From an uncultured Erysipelotrichaceae bacterium (GTDB lineage: Bacteria > Bacillota_I > Bacilli_A > Erysipelotrichales > Erysipelotrichaceae), in NCBI GenBank assembly GCA_942492995.1, contig OW818653.1, positions 570,001 through 602,000 of the forward strand: a stretch of 32,000 nucleotides of DNA. Direction: 5' to 3'. The position numbers were made by a program, and so were the translations under genes. The number at the start of each line of letters is the position of its first letter. The first letter of the stretch is position 1. Shown piece by piece: positions 27,986-32,000 of the stretch. The notes below the pieces were generated by a model. The model worked only from the letters and a program-made list of their open reading frames with translations, did no database searches and was not told the DNA's origin.

Positions 27986-28803
27986 TCACCCTCTGGTTGA
28001 CGTTCAATCGCGTCTCTCATCCATTCTGAGCGTGTTTCTTCGGTTAAATTAGCAAGTACAGCATTTACGGTTGTTAATAATTCGGAATCGTCTTTGCGAA
28101 CTGCAACAGAGACGGTTGTGTCTTCAAAACTAGTTGCAAAACCATTTCCAGCAGTAAATGTAATAATTTTTAAATCAGGATTTGTACCAACAATACTTAA
28201 TGCGACTGGATATTCAGATACCATAGCATCTGCTTCGCCAATGATGACTGAGTTTGTTAATAAAGCAAATGAACCTAATGGTGTCATATGGTCAACTGTA
28301 GGAATTTGATCAACTACAGTATCGTGGAACGTTCCTTTTTGAGCAACAACTGTTGCGCCAGTAAAATCAGTTAGGTTAGTTGCGTTCGCATATGTAGAAT
28401 CATTACGAACAATTAAGACTAAATCTGATTGATAATAAGGGGTTGAGAAGCTAACGGATTCACGACGTTCAGCAGTATCTGTCATACCTGCCACAATCAT
28501 ATCGATTTCGCCATTGTTTAAGCTATCAATTAAGCCTTCCCAAGCAATCTTTTTAACAAGTAAATCTTTGCCTAGTTCATCCGCAATAGCCTTAGCAATT
28601 TGAACATCATAACCATCGCAATAACCTGTTCCTTCTTCATTGTTAATTAAGAAAGAAGTATCACTTGATTCAACTTGTGTCCAATTGAATGGTGCATAAG
28701 CACACTCCATTCCTACTACAATTTGATTTACTTCTTCAGCTGGAGCTGAACATGCACTTAATACTAAACTTAATAATGTTACTAAACTAATTAATCTTTT
28801 CAT
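27982..28803 (-). CDS. Amino acid ABC transporter substrate-binding lipoprotein (SBP family 3)
   Basis: Lipoprotein signal 'MKRLISLVTLLSLVLSAC' (lipobox LSAC), 'GYDVQIAKAIA', 'DMIVAGMTDTAERR'. AAAGGAGAG RBS. Confidence 0.9.
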   Translation of the reverse strand: MKRLISLVTLLSLVLSACSAPAEEVNQIVVGMECAYAPFNWTQVESSDTSFLINNEEGTGYCDGYDVQIAKAIADELGKDLLVKKIAWEGLIDSLNNGEIDMIVAGMTDTAERRESVSFSTPYYQSDLVLIVRNDSTYANATNLTDFTGATVVAQKGTFHDTVVDQIPTVDHMTPLGSFALLTNSVIIGEADAMVSEYPVALSIVGTNPDLKIITFTAGNGFATSFEDTTVSVAVRKDDSELLTTVNAVLANLTEETRSEWMRDAIERQPEGE

Positions 28804-28818
28804 GATTTCTCTCCTTTA

Positions 28819-28851
28819 GAAATAAATAAAAGTCACGTCTATAACGTGACC
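28819..28851 (-). terminator. Riboswitch expression-platform terminator (attenuator) upstream of the ABC operon
   Basis: The minus strand reads GGUCACGU-uauag-ACGUGACU followed by UUUUAUUUAUUU. It lies between the aptamer and the RBS of the SBP gene. Confidence 0.8.
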
Positions 28852-28871
28852 TTAGTAAATACAGGTTATGT

Positions 28872-29025
28872 TATAGCGCCCTACAGTTTATGTAGGAGTG
28901 TTATGAATTTTCTTCATAACCCCACAATTCCAATTGCCATTGGTTTCGTTCGGCGACGGTTACCTTTCCCGTGGATCATTGCTTGCCAGCTCACCATGGT
29001 ACTCTTTTGCGTCGCTACCTCTATA
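28872..29025 (-). promoter_or_regulatory. Lysine riboswitch (L-box) aptamer
   Basis: The minus strand reads UAUAGAGGUAGCGACGCAAAAGAGUA...CCGUCGCCGAACG...GGGGUUAUGAAgaaaAUUCAUAACACUCCUACAuaaacUGUAGGGCGCUAUA. These match the conserved L-box cores (AGAGGxGCG, AGAGUA, CGUCGCCGAA, the P5-type hairpin, and P1 closure UAUAG/CUAUA) remembered from B. subtilis lysC and the T. maritima structure. Confidence 0.8.
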
Positions 29026-29041
29026 TCTTTTATTCTTTTAG

Positions 29042-29070
29042 AGTATATTCACAATTTATTCTTTTGTCAA
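29042..29070 (-). promoter_or_regulatory. Sigma-A promoter driving the L-box and ABC operon
   Basis: The minus strand has TTGACA (plus 29065-29070), a 17-nt spacer, and TATACT (plus 29042-29047). The -35 lies inside the 3' end of the upstream TtcA-like CDS. Confidence 0.7.
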
Positions 29071-29787
29071 CACTTTTGTCCAAAGTTTAGTTTGATCACT
29101 ATTATGTAACATCTTTATAAAGTTATCATGTGCAGTAGGGAAGTTACTATAAAGTTGCGTTAATAATTCCTTCATATCTTGTCTACGTGTATTACCATCA
29201 TTTGGACATCCTGATTTCTTGATTGGTAAATCATTAATTTCTGCATTAGCAATAATCTCAGATTCTTTAACATAAACAAATGGTCTGATGAAATTTATCT
29301 TCGATTCACTCATGTACATTTCTGGATCAAATGTAGCTAGTTTACCTCCATAAATAGCATTTAGAAGTAATGTCTCAATAGCGTCATCCGCATGATGTGC
29401 AAACGCTACTTTATTACAACCAAGTTCAACAGCTTTTTGTATAACAATTCCTTTTTTAAATTTTGAACATAACGAACACTGAATTTTATCATCTTTCTTA
29501 TTTAGCTCTAGAATTTCAGCAACTTGAGTTTTGTAGATATGATTTTCGATATTCATTTTATCAAAGAAATCTTTTACTGGTGTATAATCCTCACCATTAA
29601 ATCCTAAATCTAAATGAATACCAATTATCTTAAAATTCTTCCTGGATTTGATACGATAATGTTCTAATGCGAATAAAAGTAATGTAGAATCTTTTCCACC
29701 ACTTAAACCTATAGCGATAATATCATTATCATTTATCATGTTATAATCTTTATCTGCTAATCCTATTTTTTTAATCAATGTTTTCAT
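29056..29787 (-). CDS. PP-loop ATP pyrophosphatase, TtcA-like tRNA 2-thiocytidine biosynthesis family
   Basis: PP-loop 'GLSGGKDS', 'CSLCSKFKKG', 'AFAHHADDAIETLLLN', 'GCPNDG'. Confidence 0.75.
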   Translation of the reverse strand: MKTLIKKIGLADKDYNMINDNDIIAIGLSGGKDSTLLLFALEHYRIKSRKNFKIIGIHLDLGFNGEDYTPVKDFFDKMNIENHIYKTQVAEILELNKKDDKIQCSLCSKFKKGIVIQKAVELGCNKVAFAHHADDAIETLLLNAIYGGKLATFDPEMYMSESKINFIRPFVYVKESEIIANAEINDLPIKKSGCPNDGNTRRQDMKELLTQLYSNFPTAHDNFIKMLHNSDQTKLWTKVLTKE

Positions 29788-29849
29788 GGTTATATCTTTC
29801 TACTAATTATCCTAAACTATTGTATAATAGGTAAGTAAAACTCACAACA

Positions 29850-30689
29850 ATGAACGAACTATTACTGATAAACAAACCGCAAAACATGACATCATTTGAT
29901 GTTGTGGCTATTGTAAGAAAAGCACTAAATATTAGAAAAGTCGGGCATACTGGAACATTAGATCCTAATGCGGAAGGCTTGATGATTGTATTAATAGATA
30001 AAGCTACAAAAGCTTTACCTTTTATGCATCTTAATCGAAAAGAATATTTCGCATCATTAAAATTAGGAATAAAAACAAGTACAGGTGATATTTGGGGTGA
30101 GACGATTGATACAGATCAAGTACCTGAAATAGATAAAGAATTAGTCATAAAAGTTCTAAATAGTTTTCTAGGTAAGACAATCCAGACTCCTCCAAAAGTT
30201 TCAGCTATTTCAGTTAATGGTAAAAGATTATATGAATATGCTAGAAAAGACCAAGAAGTAGTGATTCCTAAACGAGAAATAGAAATATTCGAAATTGAAT
30301 GTATTGGTGTAGATGAAGAAATTCATTTTAGAGTACAATGTTCAAGTGGGACATATATTAGAAGTTTATGCGAAGATATCGCTGAAAAACTTGGTACGAT
30401 TGGTACGATGTCAAAATTGACACGAACGAGAATTGAATCGTTTGAATTAAAAGATGCTTATACAATTGAACAAATTAGAAATAAAGATTTTAAGTTCGGT
30501 GATATTAGTAAAGCGTTGAATTATCCAATTATTCAAATTGAAGATCCAACTGATGTAAAAAATGGTAAGAAATTAGAATTAGATTCTGATGAGAAAGTAG
30601 TTTTGTTAAAACATAATGAAGAAGTATTAGCGATATATGAGAAAGATGATGAACAACAAAATTATCGTTGTTTAAGAGGATTATGGTAG
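29850..30689 (+). CDS. truB: tRNA pseudouridine(55) synthase
   Basis: 'KPQNMTSFDVV', catalytic 'GHTGTLDPNAEGL', 'PPKVSAISVNGKRLYEYAR', 'SSGTYIRSL'. Confidence 0.95.
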   Translation: MNELLLINKPQNMTSFDVVAIVRKALNIRKVGHTGTLDPNAEGLMIVLIDKATKALPFMHLNRKEYFASLKLGIKTSTGDIWGETIDTDQVPEIDKELVIKVLNSFLGKTIQTPPKVSAISVNGKRLYEYARKDQEVVIPKREIEIFEIECIGVDEEIHFRVQCSSGTYIRSLCEDIAEKLGTIGTMSKLTRTRIESFELKDAYTIEQIRNKDFKFGDISKALNYPIIQIEDPTDVKNGKKLELDSDEKVVLLKHNEEVLAIYEKDDEQQNYRCLRGLW

Positions 30690-31619
30690 ATGATAGAATT
30701 AAAATTAACGCATGAAGATTTAAATTGGAACGAAGATTTGGCCGCATGTATTGGCTATTTTGATGGTTTTCATTTAGGACATCAGAGCTTATTTAATAAA
30801 ACGTTAAATTTGGCTAAACAAAAATCGATAAAATCTGCACTTATATCATTTGATCCAGATCCATGGGTTGTTTTACATGGCGTACCAAACGCAAATCATT
30901 TAACAACAATAGAAGATCGAAAACGATTAGCAGCAAAATTAGGGTTTGATGTTTGGATTAGTATTGAGTTTGATGAAAAAATGGCTAATCTTGAGCCAAA
31001 TGAATTTATTTCTAAATTAAAATCGATTTGTATTGTAGATTTAATTTGTGGTTTTGATTTTAGATTTGGGGCAAAAGGTTCTGGGAATATTCAGACATTA
31101 AACGATAATCAAGATGAACATTTTAAAATTCATATAATTGATGAATATCGTGTTGATCATGAAAAGGTAAGTAGTACGCGAATAAAGATAGCATTAAAGA
31201 ATGGCGATATGGAGTTAGTTAAACAACTATTAGGACGTTATTATGAATTAAACGGTGTTGTAGTAGGTGGTCGTCAAATAGGTCGTAAAATTGGTTATCC
31301 TACAGCGAACCTACAAATAAATTCAGAATATGTGTTACCAAAAATGGGTGTATATGCTGGTTATGTAGTGATTGATAGTTTACGTTATCAAGCAATGATA
31401 AGTATTGGATTGAATCCAACTGTAAAAGATGATCGGATTGTCTCAATTGAAGCACATATATTTGATTTCGATAAAGATATTTACAATCGTGAAGTAAATT
31501 TCGTATATGTAAATTATTTACGTCCTGAATTGAAGTTTAATTCATTAAATGGCTTAATTGCTCAGTTAAAAGATGATGAATTTGAATGTAGGAAGATTTT
31601 AAAAGACATAAATATTTAA
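30690..31619 (+). CDS. ribF: Bifunctional riboflavin kinase / FMN adenylyltransferase
   Basis: 'GYFDGFHLGHQ', 'ISFDPDP', 'SSTRIK', 'GYPTANL', 'EAHIFDF'. Confidence 0.95.
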   Translation: MIELKLTHEDLNWNEDLAACIGYFDGFHLGHQSLFNKTLNLAKQKSIKSALISFDPDPWVVLHGVPNANHLTTIEDRKRLAAKLGFDVWISIEFDEKMANLEPNEFISKLKSICIVDLICGFDFRFGAKGSGNIQTLNDNQDEHFKIHIIDEYRVDHEKVSSTRIKIALKNGDMELVKQLLGRYYELNGVVVGGRQIGRKIGYPTANLQINSEYVLPKMGVYAGYVVIDSLRYQAMISIGLNPTVKDDRIVSIEAHIFDFDKDIYNREVNFVYVNYLRPELKFNSLNGLIAQLKDDEFECRKILKDINI

Positions 31620-31658
31620 TGTAAGAATGAAAATATCTGCAAATCTATGTAAAAATAC

Positions 31659-31686
31659 TTGCAATCACAATTTCTTTATGTATAAT
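31659..31686 (+). promoter_or_regulatory. Sigma-A promoter for the T-box leader
   Basis: TTGCAA (31659-31664), 16-nt spacer, TATAAT (31681-31686). The predicted TSS is just before Stem I. Confidence 0.6.
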
Positions 31687-31694
31687 GTGTTAAT

Positions 31695-31912
31695 AAGCGA
31701 TGAACAAAAGTAGTAATCGGTCAACTTATAACGAGCGACTTGTGTATGGTGTGAGACAAGATATAAGAACGATGAACGTGTTTGGGAGCTTATGATTCGA
31801 CGAAAGAAGGGTCATACGTAGCACAGCGTTAAGGTGTTGAGATGCTAGAATTTATTCTAGAATTAAGGTGGTACCGCGTTTCTATAACGTCCTTTGTTTG
31901 GGGCGTTTTTTT
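31695..31912 (+). promoter_or_regulatory. T-box leader (tRNA-sensing riboswitch) with terminator, probable Arg (CGU) specifier
   Basis: Stem I base AAGC/GCUU with the GAUGA...GGA K-turn, an AGUAGUA specifier-loop 5' side, and a distal loop GUAUGGUGUGAG. Canonical T-box sequence AAUUAAGGUGGUACCGCG at 31861-31878. Terminator aacgtcc/ggggcgtt (31886-31907) plus a T7 run. Confidence 0.9.
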
Positions 31913-31926
31913 GTTGGAGGAAAGAC

Positions 31927-32000
31927 ATGAAAGTAAATTTTGGAGCTATAGTAGAGTATATTCCATATCTCTTAGGAGGTATATTAGTTACGTTAGAGAT
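31927..32000 (+). CDS. Amino acid ABC transporter permease, 5' fragment (continues past the window)
   Basis: GGAGG RBS at 31916-31920. 'MKVNFGAIVEYIPYLLGGILVTLE' resembles the N-termini of HisMQ-family permeases. Only 24 codons are visible. Confidence 0.55.
   Translation, partial: MKVNFGAIVEYIPYLLGGILVTLE

Noticed and set aside
28846-29109. Tracked 87-aa plus-strand ORF in the gap between the ABC operon and the TtcA-like gene
   Set aside because: It lies exactly antisense to the lysine riboswitch, its terminator and its promoter. It has no RBS and an odd Cys/Phe/Ile-rich composition. The riboswitch fully explains the conservation-like structure of this region.
25600-29787. Idea that the radical SAM/SPASM gene, ABC transporter and PP-loop ATPase form a RiPP or other biosynthetic cluster
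   Set aside because: The three units are transcriptionally separate: there is a terminator at 26434-26464, the rSAM gene has its own promoter, and the ABC operon has its own promoter plus L-box. The ABC system is an SBP-dependent importer (lipoprotein SBP, HisMQ-type permease), not an exporter. No precursor-peptide ORF exists.
25583-29849. Mobile element or genomic island explanation for the minus-strand block
   Set aside because: There is no integrase, transposase, tRNA attachment site or flanking direct/inverted repeat, and I saw no compositional shift by eye. The block is treated as a rearrangement, not a mobile element.
2174-30747. Short antisense or alternate-frame ORFs from the track: 2174-2371, 3445-3720, 3796-3981, 3807-4007, 10106-10321, 12283-12516, 12588-12779, 13626-13850, 13854-14144, 15119-15310, 19012-19203, 20324-20521, 21145-21456, 21748-22023, 22377-22583, 22701-22895, 24647-24862, 26429-26611, 28094-28309, 30529-30747
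   Set aside because: Each is embedded in a long, motif-supported CDS on the other strand or in another frame. Each has low-complexity or biased composition typical of shadow ORFs in AT-rich DNA, and none has a credible RBS.
1-32000. Mollicute-type genetic code (TGA = Trp), given the low GC and long NusA
   Set aside because: Several genes end in TGA at positions consistent with homolog lengths (for example the kinase at 1051-1053, DUF554 at 2373-2375 and murB at 9456-9458). Trp is encoded by TGG, and no family-conserved protein is interrupted. Peptidoglycan genes (murG, murB, divIB) are also present.

Overview
Low-GC (about one-third GC by eye) Firmicutes-type chromosomal segment. It uses the standard bacterial code: TGA is a stop, Trp is TGG, and no ORFs are broken. 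Almost all of it is densely packed core housekeeping DNA. In order on the + strand: a 5'-truncated sensor kinase, an NPPY methyltransferase, a DUF554 membrane protein, rplU-prp-rpmA, obg, ruvAB, murG-murB-divIB, asp23-fakA(yloV)-recG-rnc, an orphan GltD-like Fe-S flavoprotein coupled to polC, and rimP-nusA-ylxR-ylxQ-infB-rbfA. A ~4.2 kb minus-strand block follows: a radical SAM/SPASM-like protein, a three-gene amino-acid ABC importer, and a TtcA-like PP-loop ATPase. After it come truB-ribF and the start of a second amino-acid ABC transporter. I found no rRNA, tRNA, CRISPR array, transposase or integrase. The only sizeable non-coding stretches are explained by cis-regulatory RNAs: a probable L21 leader, a lysine riboswitch (L-box) with a terminator/antiterminator ahead of the minus-strand ABC operon, and a T-box leader (probable Arg CGU specifier) ahead of the last operon. 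I see no convincing novel multi-gene system. The points most worth follow-up are: (i) the standalone radical SAM/SPASM-like gene wedged into the normally contiguous rbfA-truB operon; (ii) a recurring pattern in which a -10 hexamer sits 6-7 nt upstream of an ATG with no Shine-Dalgarno, suggesting leaderless mRNAs for ruvA, rnc, the radical SAM gene and the HAD gene; (iii) the two riboregulated transporters; (iv) the orphan GltD-like oxidoreductase overlapping polC; (v) an unusually long K/E-rich NusA tail. All protein calls come from motif recognition by eye and gene order, with no database search.
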